DNA of 64,000 nt from Alphaproteobacteria bacterium. GTDB taxonomy: Bacteria; Pseudomonadota; Alphaproteobacteria; JAAXGF01. Each line of letters opens with the position of its first letter. Within the stretch, counting starts at the first letter, position 1. The notes below the pieces were generated by a model. That model was not told the DNA's origin and ran no database searches. It saw only the letters and a list, made by a program, of their open reading frames with translations. Position numbers and translations under genes: made by a program. Below are positions 10,460 to 20,909 of this stretch, piece by piece. The DNA lies in assembly GCA_963555825.3 (NCBI GenBank), contig CAUVXB020000002.1, positions 672,001 to 736,000 on the forward strand. The letters run 5' to 3'.

Positions 10460-11834
10460 GAGCTATAACCGAATCTTGTGTACGGCGTTGAAATGAAGGC
10501 GGCGTATCCTGGTGATTGTTGATGTCACCACTTGAGCTAAGCCAAGGAAGGATACGCCATGAAAGAGAATACCGTTGTTGCTTTTCAAAACCCATCTGAT
10601 TTTCAGAAAGATCCGTTGACGGAAGTCCTACAAGCTGGAGCTCGCGAGTTGTTGGCCCAAGCCGTTGAGGCCGAGGTCTCCGTGTTTTTGGGTAGCCATG
10701 CGGCGCTTGTTGACGCCGCCGGCCGCCGCCGGGTTGTCCGCAATGGATATCTGCCGGAACGCTTCATCCAGACCGGGATCGGCCCGGTGAGCGTGCGCCA
10801 ACCCCGTGTGCGGGACCGGGGGGACGGCGCCATCCGCTTCACGTCGGCGATCCTGCCGCGCTATCTGCGCCGCGCCAAGAGCCTGGAAGACCTTTTGCCA
10901 TGGCTGTATCTGAAGGGCATTTCCACCGGCGACTTCGGGGAAGCCTTGGCGGCGCTCCTGGGGAGCTCCGCGCCGGGGCTTTCGGCCTCCACGATCACCC
11001 GGCTGAAAGAGGTCTGGGGGGTTGAGGCGGAGCGCTGGCAACGGCGCGACCTCACGGCCAAGCGCTACGTCTATTTCTGGGTGGACGGCATCTATTTCAG
11101 CGCCCGCATGGAGGAAGAGAAGCAGTGCATCCTGGTGATCGTCGGGGCCACGGACAAGGGACAGAAGGAACTGATCGCCATCGCCGACGGCTATCGCGAA
11201 AGTGAGCAGTCCTGGCTCGAAGTTCTGCTCGATCTCAAGCGGCGCGGCCTTGAAATGGGTCCGCAACTGGCGCTCGGCGACGGCGCGCTCGGCTTCTGGA
11301 AGGCGCTCCGCCAAGTCTACCCAGGCGCCCGCGAGCAACGCTGCTGGGTTCACAAGACGGGCAACGTCTTGAACAAGCTGCCCAAGGGTCTGCAAAAGAA
11401 AGCCAAGGGGCGCCTGCAAGACATCTGGATGGCCGAAACCAGGAAGGATGCCGAGAGCGCCTTCGACTTCTTCCTGGAAGCCTACGGGCCGAAGTACGAC
11501 AAGGCCGCGGCCTGCCTGGCCAAGGACCGCGACGTCCTGCTGACGTTCTACGACTTCCCCGCCGAGCACTGGAAGCATGTACGCACGACCAACCCCATCG
11601 AGAGCACGTTCGCCACGGTTCGTCTGCGCACCTACCGGACCAAGGGCTGCCTGTCGCGCAAGACGGCGATGGCCATGGTCTTCAAACTATGCCAGTGCGC
11701 TCAGAGAAAATGGAGAAAACTCGATGGATCGAACCATCTCGCCGAGATCATTCGCGGCGTCAAATTCGTAGATGGAGAACGCCAGGATCGCGCCGCCGCA
11801 TGATCAGCCCATACACAACTTTTGACAATAGCTC
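10460..11834 (+). mobile_element. IS256-family element A
   Basis: IRs GAGCTATAACCGAATCTTGTGTA / TACACAACTTTTGACAATAGCTC. 9-bp TSD GAGCACTAC at 10451-10459 and 11835-11843. Confidence 0.95.
10559..11803 (+). CDS. IS256-family transposase
   Basis: RNGY, YFWVDGIY, GDGALGFW, QRCWVHK and RTTNPIES motifs. Confidence 0.95.
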   Translation: MKENTVVAFQNPSDFQKDPLTEVLQAGARELLAQAVEAEVSVFLGSHAALVDAAGRRRVVRNGYLPERFIQTGIGPVSVRQPRVRDRGDGAIRFTSAILPRYLRRAKSLEDLLPWLYLKGISTGDFGEALAALLGSSAPGLSASTITRLKEVWGVEAERWQRRDLTAKRYVYFWVDGIYFSARMEEEKQCILVIVGATDKGQKELIAIADGYRESEQSWLEVLLDLKRRGLEMGPQLALGDGALGFWKALRQVYPGAREQRCWVHKTGNVLNKLPKGLQKKAKGRLQDIWMAETRKDAESAFDFFLEAYGPKYDKAAACLAKDRDVLLTFYDFPAEHWKHVRTTNPIESTFATVRLRTYRTKGCLSRKTAMAMVFKLCQCAQRKWRKLDGSNHLAEIIRGVKFVDGERQDRAAA

Positions 11835-11849
11835 GAGCACTACAATTGC

Positions 11850-13352
11850 GAGCCTCTTGCAAAATAGCTGAGGCGAGCGGCTTTTCTGCCTGAGTGAAGG
11901 CCCTTGCGGTGGGACCGGCCCACCCTCGTGAGTATCATGTGCTGTCGCAAAACACCGCATGATGACCACGGAGGAGTGGAGCCGTGTCCCTGCGCGAGAT
12001 GCTATCGGATTACTGGTACGCCTTTCAACAAGAGTTGTTCCCGAGGCTCGAGAGCGAGCTTGGCCCGATGGGCGAGCGCTACGAGCTGTTCGTCGCGGTT
12101 CTGGAACTGGTGCGGGTCGAGGCTCTTCTGCCCTACTTCCGCGGCCAGGTAGGGCGGCCGGAGGAGGACCGCGCGGCGCTGGCGCGCGCCTTCATAGCCA
12201 AGGCCGTGTTCGACGTTCCGACGACGCGCGGCCTGATCGAGCGTCTTGAGGTTGACGGCAGGCTATGCCGGCTGTGCGGCTGGAGCGGTGCTGGCCGGCT
12301 TCCGAGCGAGGCGACGTTTTCACGGGCCTTTTCCGAGTTTGCCGAGAGCCGTCTGGCCAGCCGTCTGCATGAGACGCTGATTGCGCGGACGATGGATGGC
12401 CATCTGGTGGAGCACATCTCGCGGGATGCGACGGCGATTGAAGCGCGGGAGAAGCCGGCGCCGAAGCCGAAGGCAGCGAAGCCGAAGCGGCGGCGCAAGC
12501 GGGGGCGGCCCCGCAAGGGAGAGGAGCAGGCGAAGGAGCCAAGCCGGCTGGAACGGCAACTGACGATGAGCCTTCCGCAGATGCTGGCGGACCTGCCGAG
12601 GGCCTGCGATGTCGGCACCAAGCGCAACGCCAAGGGCCATACCACCTCCTGGATCGGGTACAAGCTGCACGTCGACACGGCCGATGGCGGGATCCCCATC
12701 AGTTGAATCATGACCTCGGCATCGACGCATGACTCCCAGGTGGCGATTCCGTTGGGAACCCTGACGGCCGGGCGGGTCGAGAACCTTTACGACCTTATGG
12801 ACGCGGCTTATGATTCCATCGAGATCTGGGCGCACTGCATCTTGCTTGGCCACAAGCCGATCATCGACGTGAATCCCCGCCGCTCGGTCGAAATGCAAGA
12901 GGCGTTGAGGCGTGAGAAGAAGGCGCGGCGGACGCTCGGTCTCTTCTTTCCCGAAGAGCGTCGCTACGTCGAGCGTTCAGGGTCCGAGCGGGTCAATGGG
13001 CGCCTCAAGGATGAGTTCGGCGGCCGCCATGTCCGCGTGCGCGGTTACGACAAGGTTCTGGCCCACCTCATGTTTGGCATGACCGTTCTGACGGCCAGCC
13101 AACTGATGCGCCTTATCGTTCCGCCGATCTAGTCCGGCTCGTCTCCTTCGCCATCACGGTGGCCGCACTTCTCGAAAGACGGTGCGGCCAAACGCGCCCG
13201 AAGTTCGACGAAAATACCGAATCGGAGGCTGTGCCAACGCTGATCCGACCATGGTCGCCATCAAAATCGCACCAATTGCCGTGCGCGGACGTCGTTGCTA
13301 GCTTGGGTGTTCTTGCGCCGCTCCAAATCGATCAGAGTTTTGCAAGCGGCTC
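11850..13352 (+). mobile_element. IS5/IS1182-type element
   Basis: IRs GAGCCTCTTGCAAAA / TTTTGCAAGCGGCTC. 5-bp TSD ATTGC at 11845-11849 and 13353-13357. Confidence 0.9.
11984..13132 (+). pseudogene. IS5/IS1182-type transposase with an in-frame TGA at 12704-12706
   Basis: ORFs 11984-12706 and 12710-13132 share a frame. Motifs ISRDATAI, WIGYKLH, DLMDAAYD and ERVNGRLK. Confidence 0.85.
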
Positions 13353-13566
13353 ATTGCGTCTATAGTTTCCACCCATAAGCCGCAATGCACATGCTGATCG
13401 TCAACCGCGCGTTCGGCACGCTCTTCGGAGGCGGCGCGCGTCACTCTCTCAGCCGCATGCCGGATCTCCAGCGTCGGTGCCACGACTGCCTCGATGCGCG
13501 TCACCGTTTCGGCCGGGCCAGCCAACTGGCATCCACCAATCGAGGCTTCCCGGATTGACCCGGCGC

Positions 13567-13974
13567 ATGCCGAACTCAGCGCTGCCCGGCCAGTCGGGAG
13601 AATGCGATGACGCTTCCGGCGCCAAGCGGACCGCTTTGGCGATTTCCGACCTGCGTGGCGGCGGAGCCGAAAGGTCCACGGTTGGCATCGCGCGTGGGCT
13701 GATCGCCTGGAGTTACGCCGTCGATATGGTATTGTTCAACGACGCGAACGCTTATCCGGACGAGGCTACCACTGCGCTCGACCCTGCGACGGAGGCGGGC
13801 ATCGTGGCCACCGTCCGGCGGCTGGCCGGCAAGGTCACGGTGCTCTCGATCTCCCACCAGCTGGCAATGCGGCGCGCGGCGGACCTCGTCTACAGCCTGA
13901 AAGACAGTCGCGCCGTGCTGGAGCATACCGACGGCCGGCCCACAGTAGAGATAGCCGGCGCATCTCGACCGTGA
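13567..13974 (+). pseudogene. deletion chimera: GT4 N-terminus fused to an ABC ATPase C-terminus
   Basis: ISDLRGGGAERST (GT4 start motif) is joined at ~13758 to DEATTALDPATEAGIVATVRRLAG, which closely parallels 9277-9390. Confidence 0.8.
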
Positions 13975-14111
13975 TTTCGCGGCGGGCGATAGAGATCTCG
14001 TTGCTAAGCGACCCGGACGGCGTGCTAGAGGTATCGCGAGAAGCTTATTGCCCCTACCGTAACGTGTCCGATCGGCATCAAAATTTGTTGTTTTTCGAGA
14101 GGGAGAATTGA

Positions 14112-15209
14112 ATGACGTCGGTCCCTCGCTCCCTCTTTTTCCTCCCTAATCTCAATGGCGGTGGCGCGCAGCGGACGGCGATAAACCTGGTGCACCATTG
14201 GCCGGATGATCGGCCGCGCCCCACGCTTGCTGTTGCCTCCGCGTCTGGCGCCGGTCGGCTCTGGCTCACCGGGATCGACCCGGTCGATCTGGGCTCTGGG
14301 CGCTTGAGGTGGTCGTTATTGCCGCTTCGCCGACTGATCCGCCGCCAGAGGCCGGATATCGTGTTTTCAACCATGGTCGGTGCGAACATCGTCGCCGCAG
14401 CGAGCATGATCGGCCTACGCAGCCCCCCCATCCTGGTCGTGCGCGAGACCAGCCACAGGGCGCGCAGCACCTTGTCCTTTGCGCAACGCGCGGCGATCGG
14501 CCAAGCTTACCGACGGGCTGTCGTGGTAGTCGCGCTCTCCGAAGGCGTGCGCATGGAGCTGCTGGAATACTATCGCCTGAAGCCGGAACGCGTAGTAATG
14601 ATCCACAATCCGGTGGATGTCGACGCATTCCACTCCCGAGCCTCCGGCCGTGCGCACCCGTGGCAGGGTAACGGGCCGATGGTGGTCGCAGCCGGGCGCC
14701 TGGTGCGTGCGAAGGGGTTCGACATCTTGCTTCGTGCCTTCGCCTACATGTCTACGGCCAATACACGCCTTGCCATTCTTGGCGAGGGGCCGGACCGAGA
14801 GGCGTTGGCGACGCTTGCAGGAGAATTGGGCCTGACGAACAGGATTCTCATGCCCGGGCATGTCGCCGATCCCGGGCCATGGTACGCTCATGCGGCCGCG
14901 TTCGTACTATCGTCGCGGTGGGAGGGGTTCGGTCACGTCCTCGTCGAAGCGATGGCATGTGGCGCGCCCGTGGTCGCCTTCGACTGCCCCCACGGTCCAG
15001 CCGATATCATCGAGGACGGCCATACTGGATTGCTTGTGCCGCCGCAGGATGTCCACGCCTTGGCCGAATCCCTGTATCGGTTGATCGGAAACCAGGAATT
15101 CGCCGGACGCCTGCGCGTCGCAGGCCAACGGGCCGCGAGGCGGTTTTCGGCGCCGGTGATCGCCCGGACTTATGCGACCTTGTTCGATGAACTCTTCGTA
15201 TCCTCATAG
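14112..15209 (+). CDS. glycosyltransferase family 4
   Basis: PNLNGGGAQR, GRLVRAKGFD and SRWEGFGHVLVEAMACG motifs. Confidence 0.93.
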   Translation: MTSVPRSLFFLPNLNGGGAQRTAINLVHHWPDDRPRPTLAVASASGAGRLWLTGIDPVDLGSGRLRWSLLPLRRLIRRQRPDIVFSTMVGANIVAAASMIGLRSPPILVVRETSHRARSTLSFAQRAAIGQAYRRAVVVVALSEGVRMELLEYYRLKPERVVMIHNPVDVDAFHSRASGRAHPWQGNGPMVVAAGRLVRAKGFDILLRAFAYMSTANTRLAILGEGPDREALATLAGELGLTNRILMPGHVADPGPWYAHAAAFVLSSRWEGFGHVLVEAMACGAPVVAFDCPHGPADIIEDGHTGLLVPPQDVHALAESLYRLIGNQEFAGRLRVAGQRAARRFSAPVIARTYATLFDELFVSS

Positions 15210-15703
15210 CCTCGGCGCCGCGGGGATATCATCGCTGACGAAAGAACGGCCACTTGGACGATGAGTCGCCTTCGGGTTCTTCAAGACTCCTGCATCGCAC
15301 ATTCACCGGATGGTCGGCGGGCAGCATGACTATCGCCGCCCGCGCTACCGCGGCGCCGCCGGGCGCGGTGACGATTGCCCCGTGGGGAGACGCCTTCCGC
15401 AACGCCCTGGCGAACGTGGTCCCGTCGCCAGTCGACGATATCCGGCCGTCGCTGTTGCCGGCACGTCATGAACGTGACCGCGTGATCGAACTCTTCACAG
15501 CCTTGGTCGGCGTGTCGTGACCGACCTTGCAGGCGACGCAATCAATTCGATCGATGACGTTTCGCCATCTCGATCTGCGGGAGCCGTAGAGAACAAGTGA
15601 CCGGCGTCGGTGCGAACGGGAATGGCGATGAGGCCTTGCGTGCATTTGATGCCGACCGTCACACGACGTCCGACTGTCTGGCGGCGAGCTATAGCTGAAT
15701 CTT

Positions 15704-17504
15704 GACGGGGCGGTAAAAAGTCGATTCCTCATGAGAGTCGGCTGGGTTATAATTGTGCATGTTTACTTTACGCGACCGACGGACCGGAGAATTGTTTGAT
15801 CGCTGGTCCGATTTCGGGGACAAACGTCGGCGCCTGATGGAGCAATCCTGGGCCGGGGTTTTTCGGAACCATCTGCTTGTCGAACTTCCGGTTGACGATC
15901 TTTGCCGTCACCTTGATGAACGCATGGGCCGACCATCGAAGGATCTACACGTTGTCATCGGGGTCTTGCTTTTGCAGCAGCTGCACGATCTGAGCGATGC
16001 AGAGACCGTCGAGGCCCTGGCCTTCAATATGGCGTGGCACTATGCCTTGGACGTGCGCAGCGAAGCGGACAGCTATTTCTGTGAGAAAACCCTGCGCAAC
16101 TATCGCCGTCTGTTTATCGAACAAGGTCTCGATGAATTGCTGTTCCGGTGTTTGACGGATCGGATGGTGCAGGGATTCTCTGTCGATACCAGCCACCAAC
16201 GCATGGATTCGACGGCCCTTCGTTCGGCGATGCGGGCGCTGACACGACTTGGTATCGTTGTTGAGAGCATCTCGAAGTTTGCCCGTGAGCTTGAGCGATA
16301 TCATCCCGGTCTACACGAGCAGATCAGCAAGGAGGTGATCCGCCGCTATGTCGATCGCGAGGGCAATGGCGCGTTCGCGAATACGGCGCCGAGTGTTTCA
16401 AAACGCCGCCTCGGCGAAGCGGGTCAGGATATCCTCGCCCTGGTGCTGCAATTCCGTGACACGGCGGCGGCAAAGCTTTCCAGTTTTGCGATCCTGGAGA
16501 GGGTTCTGCGCGATCAGTTCGAGATCGTTGATGATGAGTGTGGCGATCGTGACGCAAAGCGCGCCGCGATTCGATATCCAAAGGATGTGCCGTGCGATAC
16601 CGTCGGCAATCCGGCCGACCCGGACGCGAGCTACAACGCGCACAAGGGTCAGGGATACATGGCGCAGATCGTCGAAACCTATTGTGAAGATGACAGTAAC
16701 GAGGCGGTTGCCGCGACACCGGACCTCATCACCCACGTGGAGGTCCACAAGATGACGGTGCATGACGGCCATCGCTTGGCCGATGCGCTGGATGATCTGA
16801 GCGAGCGCGCGCTGACGCCGGCGGTGATGCTGGGTGATTCACATTACGGTTCCAGTGACAACATGGCTCTGACGCGCGAACAGAACATCAATCTCGTGGC
16901 GCCCGCGCGACCGCCGAAAGGCGCCGTCTCGGGACGGTTGACGTTGGAGGATTTCACTCTCAACGAAGAAGGCTTGGTCTTGCGCTGTCCCAATAACGTC
17001 GAACCGGTTTCAGCCTCGCTCGCCAAAGCCAAGCTGCAGGCCCGTTTCGACCTCTCCATCTGCCAAAAATGTCCCGATATACTGCGATGTCCCGTGCAGG
17101 CGGCCAAGCGTGACGGCCAATTTTCCCGCTTTCAATATACCCCGGCCAGGGCTGCCAACCAAAAGCGCCGGCTTTATGAACAAAGCGATGCCTTCCGCGA
17201 CGTCTACAGATGGCGGGCCAGCATAGAAGCTACCATGTCGCGATTAAAGTACCAGATGAACCTGGCTCACCTACGCATTCGCGGCATGCCGGCCATGCGC
17301 TACGTGGTCAATCTGCGTGCCCTCGGCCTCAATATCCGACGCTGCGCGGCAATCGCACCATAAAAAACGAAGCCAAGGAGAAGCCAAGGATAGGTAATAT
17401 CAGGTTTTATCCACCAGCAACGCGGAGACAGGCAAATATTCTTCACCGAACCGCAAAGACCTGTACAAGCACGCCATCGGCCAACAACTTTTTACCGCCC
17501 CGTC
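15704..17504 (+). mobile_element. IS1182-type element
   Basis: Perfect 18-bp IR GACGGGGCGGTAAAAAGT. 7-bp TSD GAATCTT at 15697-15703 and 17505-17511. Confidence 0.92.
15759..17363 (+). CDS. IS1182-type DDE transposase
   Basis: GRPSKD...LSDAETVE N-terminus, QRMDST, DPDASY, LGDSHYGS, a Cys-rich insert and RASIEATMSRLK. Confidence 0.88.
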   Translation: MFTLRDRRTGELFDRWSDFGDKRRRLMEQSWAGVFRNHLLVELPVDDLCRHLDERMGRPSKDLHVVIGVLLLQQLHDLSDAETVEALAFNMAWHYALDVRSEADSYFCEKTLRNYRRLFIEQGLDELLFRCLTDRMVQGFSVDTSHQRMDSTALRSAMRALTRLGIVVESISKFARELERYHPGLHEQISKEVIRRYVDREGNGAFANTAPSVSKRRLGEAGQDILALVLQFRDTAAAKLSSFAILERVLRDQFEIVDDECGDRDAKRAAIRYPKDVPCDTVGNPADPDASYNAHKGQGYMAQIVETYCEDDSNEAVAATPDLITHVEVHKMTVHDGHRLADALDDLSERALTPAVMLGDSHYGSSDNMALTREQNINLVAPARPPKGAVSGRLTLEDFTLNEEGLVLRCPNNVEPVSASLAKAKLQARFDLSICQKCPDILRCPVQAAKRDGQFSRFQYTPARAANQKRRLYEQSDAFRDVYRWRASIEATMSRLKYQMNLAHLRIRGMPAMRYVVNLRALGLNIRRCAAIAP

Positions 17505-17592
17505 GAATCTTGTGTACGGCGTTGGAAAGAGGGCGGCGTATCCTGGTGATTGTTGCAGTCACCACTTGACCTAAGCCAAGGAAGGATACGCC

Positions 17593-18849
17593 ATGGAGGA
17601 GAATACCGTTGTTGCCTTTCGGAACCCATCGGATTTTCAGGATGACCCGTTGACGGAAGTCCTGCGAGCTGGGGCGCGTGAGTTGCTGGCTCAAGCCGTG
17701 GAAGCTGAAGTTGCCGAGTTTCTGGAAGGTCATGCGACGCTGGTTGATGACCGTGGCCGTCGCCGGATTGTCCGCAATGGCCACTTGCCGGAACGGCTGA
17801 TCCAAACCGGGATCGGCCCGGTAGACGTGCGTCAGCCGCGTGTCCGGGATCGGAGGGCCGGCGAGGGCGCCGGCGCCATCCGGTTCACGTCGGCGATCCT
17901 GCCGCGCTATCTGCGCCGCACCAAGAGCCTGGAGGATTTGCTGCCGTGGCTATACTTGAGGGGCATCTCCAGCGGCGATTTCTCGGAAGCGTTGGCGGCG
18001 TTGCTGGGGGCACGGGCTCCGGGTCTGTCGGCCTCCACGATCGGACGACTGAAGGAAGTCTGGCAAGACGAGATGGAGCGCTGGCAACGGCGTGATTTAT
18101 CGGCCAAGCGCTACGTCTACTTCTGGGTCGACGGCATCTATTTTGGCGCCCGCCTGGAAGAGGAGAAGCAATGCATCCTGGTGATCATCGGCGCCACGGA
18201 TCACGGAACCAAGGAGTTGATCGCCATCACCGACGGCTACCGCGAGAGCGAACAATCCTGGTGCGAGGTGCTGCTCGATCTCAAGCGGCGTGGTCTCGGC
18301 ATCGGTCCGGAACTGGTGACCGGCGATGGCGCGCTCGGCTTCTGGAAGGCGCTCCGCCAAGTCTACGGGGCCGCCCGCGAGCAGCGCTGCTGGGTGCATA
18401 AGACGGGCAATATCTTGAATAAGCTGCCCAAGGGTCTGCAGAACAAGGCCAAGGGTCACTTGCAGGATATCTGGATGGCCGAGACCAGGAACGACGCGGA
18501 GACCGCCTTCGACTTCTTCGTGGAAGCCTACGGACCGAAGTACGAAAAGGCCACGGCCTGCCTGGCCAAGGACCGGGACGCCTTGCTGAGCTTCTACGAC
18601 TTCCCCGCCGAGCATTGGAAGCATGTGCGGACGACGAACCCCATCGAGAGCACCTTCGCCACGGTTCGTCTTCGCACCTATCGGACCAAGGGTTGCCTAT
18701 CACGCAAGACGGCGATGGCCATGGTCTTCAAGCTTTGCCAGGGGGCCAGCAAGAAATGGCGGAGGCTCAATGGATCAGATCAATTCGCCGAGATCATTCG
18801 AGGCGTCAAATTCGTCAATGGAGAACGCCAGGATCGCGCCGCCGCATGA
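17593..18849 (+). CDS. IS256-family transposase
   Basis: Close, non-identical paralog of 10559-11803. Confidence 0.95.
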   Translation: MEENTVVAFRNPSDFQDDPLTEVLRAGARELLAQAVEAEVAEFLEGHATLVDDRGRRRIVRNGHLPERLIQTGIGPVDVRQPRVRDRRAGEGAGAIRFTSAILPRYLRRTKSLEDLLPWLYLRGISSGDFSEALAALLGARAPGLSASTIGRLKEVWQDEMERWQRRDLSAKRYVYFWVDGIYFGARLEEEKQCILVIIGATDHGTKELIAITDGYRESEQSWCEVLLDLKRRGLGIGPELVTGDGALGFWKALRQVYGAAREQRCWVHKTGNILNKLPKGLQNKAKGHLQDIWMAETRNDAETAFDFFVEAYGPKYEKATACLAKDRDALLSFYDFPAEHWKHVRTTNPIESTFATVRLRTYRTKGCLSRKTAMAMVFKLCQGASKKWRRLNGSDQFAEIIRGVKFVNGERQDRAAA

Positions 18850-19666
18850 CAAACCCATACACAACTTTTGACAATAGCTCTCTGGCGGCTTGGTTCGATC
18901 TTGCGCCTCAACTCGACGATGAGGCGCGGCGCCAGTTCGAGCGGTACTACGCGGGGTATTTGAAGCGCTTCGATTCCTACATGCGCCATTCGTACGATCG
19001 GCGCCTTCAGCCGCTGCTTACTCGCGTCCGGGCCGGGACACGCGTAGTGGAAGTGAGCAGCGGCTGCGGTTCGGAGTGCCTGTTCCTGGCGTCCCGTCGG
19101 TGCGAAGTCACCGGAATCGAAATTAGCGAGAAGCGGCTTCACGCTGCCAGGAATCGCCGATCGCAGTTGGAAGAGCTGCAAGGCGCGCCGCTGCCTTGCC
19201 GATTCGTCGAAGGATCGTTGTTCGATGGCGACCTGGGCCTGGGCGGTGAGCTTTTCGATGTCGTGTGGATGGAGGAGGCCTACCACCACCTTGAGCCGCG
19301 CAATCGGGTAGGCGTGCGTGTCGCCGACCTGGTTTCCGTCGGTGGCCATGTCGTGATCGCGGAGACCAATGCGCTCAATCCGCTGGTTCAACTTCAGTTA
19401 CTCCGCGCGCGCGGCCTGCCAAGGGTCCGAACCTTCACGGATGGACGAGGCCGCACGCATGAATATGGCGTGGAGCGAGTGACCAGTGCCCGGCGGCTGG
19501 AGCGGCTATTCGAGAAGGCGGGCTTCCAAACAGAACTCGTCCGCCACGAACGGCTGTTTCCCAATGTGAGCGTGGCGTCCCAGAGCTTGATGACGCTCGA
19601 ACGTTATCTGGATTTCCTGCCCCGCTGTGCCTTCGTTCACTATGCCTATGTCGGCCGGCGCGCCGC

Positions 19667-20881
19667 ATGACCATCGCCGCCCGCGATGCCGCGCTGGCCC
19701 ATCCCGCCACAATTGACCGGTCCGGCGCGCCCATCGAGGTGATGCACGTCATCACGTCGCTCGATGTCGGCGGGGCAGAGACCGTGCTGGCCCGGCTGGT
19801 CGCCGGTGACAGGACGGGTGCCATCTCCCACCGCGTGGTCAGTCTAAAGCCGGACGGCGCGCTGCGCATGAGTATGGAAACGGAAGGGATTCCAGTCCGA
19901 GATCTCGGAATTGGAAGTGGGTTGAGCGCGTTCGGGGGCTTGGCTCGCCTCGTCGGGGCAATCAAAGCCACGCGGCCTGATGTGGTGCATAGCTGGCTCT
20001 ATCATGCCGACCTGCTTGCGACGCTTGCCCTCGCTCTCTCTGGCCGGCGGAAGGCGACCCGTCTGGTCTGGGGGATCAGGGGCTCGAACAGGGACATGCG
20101 CCGATATTCGCGCAGCACCCGCTCTATCCTGAAGGTATTGCCGCTTCTCTCACCGAGAGCGGATCTCGTTCTCTGCAATTCGGAGGCTGGCCGCGTCGTG
20201 CACGAGCGGCTGGGATACCGCCCACCCCGATGGCAGGTCGTCCCGAATGGCCTCGACGTGGACAGCTTTCGGCCCCGAAGCGACGAGCGCGCGGCGGTCC
20301 GTGCCGATCTAGGGCTGAGCGAGAACAACTTTGTCATCGGGATGTGCGCGCGGGTGCATCCGATGAAGGACCACGACAACGTCGTGAAGGCCGCCGCCAT
20401 CTTCGCCGAGAGCGCACCCGAGGCCCGGTTCGTCCTGATCGGTGAAGGAACTGCTGAACCGGGCTCGGCATTGGACCAGGCGATCGCGGCATCAGGTATC
20501 GCCGGACGGTTCGTGCGCCTCGGCCTACGCCGGGACATTTGCCGGCTCCATGCAGCGCTGGACATTGCGACCCTGAGCTCGGCGTTCGGCGAGGGATTCC
20601 CCAATGTATTGGCGGAAGCCATGGCCTGCGGCGTGCCCTGCGTCGCGACCGACGTGGGCGATAGCGCGTCGATCATCGGCGACACCGGCCTCATCGTTCC
20701 ACCCGGGGACGCGCAGGCCTTGGCTGCAGCGTGGGAAAGGCTTCGGTGCGAGGGCCGCGATAGCCGGGCAATGCGGGGTGCGACGGCGCGGCGGCGCGTT
20801 GCCAATCGCTATGCCATCGCCACGATGATCGCGGACTATCGCAAAGTATATGGCGAACTGGTCACCTCCGCCGGCGCGTGA
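19667..20881 (+). CDS. glycosyltransferase family 4
   Basis: HVITSLDVGGAE, HSWLYHAD and GEGFPNVLAEAMACG motifs. ATGA overlap with the methyltransferase stop. Confidence 0.93.
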   Translation: MTIAARDAALAHPATIDRSGAPIEVMHVITSLDVGGAETVLARLVAGDRTGAISHRVVSLKPDGALRMSMETEGIPVRDLGIGSGLSAFGGLARLVGAIKATRPDVVHSWLYHADLLATLALALSGRRKATRLVWGIRGSNRDMRRYSRSTRSILKVLPLLSPRADLVLCNSEAGRVVHERLGYRPPRWQVVPNGLDVDSFRPRSDERAAVRADLGLSENNFVIGMCARVHPMKDHDNVVKAAAIFAESAPEARFVLIGEGTAEPGSALDQAIAASGIAGRFVRLGLRRDICRLHAALDIATLSSAFGEGFPNVLAEAMACGVPCVATDVGDSASIIGDTGLIVPPGDAQALAAAWERLRCEGRDSRAMRGATARRRVANRYAIATMIADYRKVYGELVTSAGA

Positions 20882-20909
20882 GCACTGCAGTCCGCCGTCA
20901 CTGGCGCCG

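Larger units (their letters stand above)
15686..18880 (+). mobile_element. IS256-family element B (left IR interrupted by an IS1182-type element)
   Basis: Left end GAGCTATAGCTGAATCTT at 15686, right end ...GACAATAGCTC at 18880. 9-bp TSD TCTGGCGGC at 15677-15685 and 18881-18889. Confidence 0.93.
15597..19670 (+). pseudogene. class I SAM-dependent methyltransferase split by IS256-B (5' part 15597-15685, 3' part 18881-19670)
   Basis: Removing the IS and one TSD copy gives a continuous frame: GTG...TTSDC-LAAWFDLAPQ...VVEVSSGCGSE...TGIEIS...FDVVWMEEAYHH. Confidence 0.8.
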
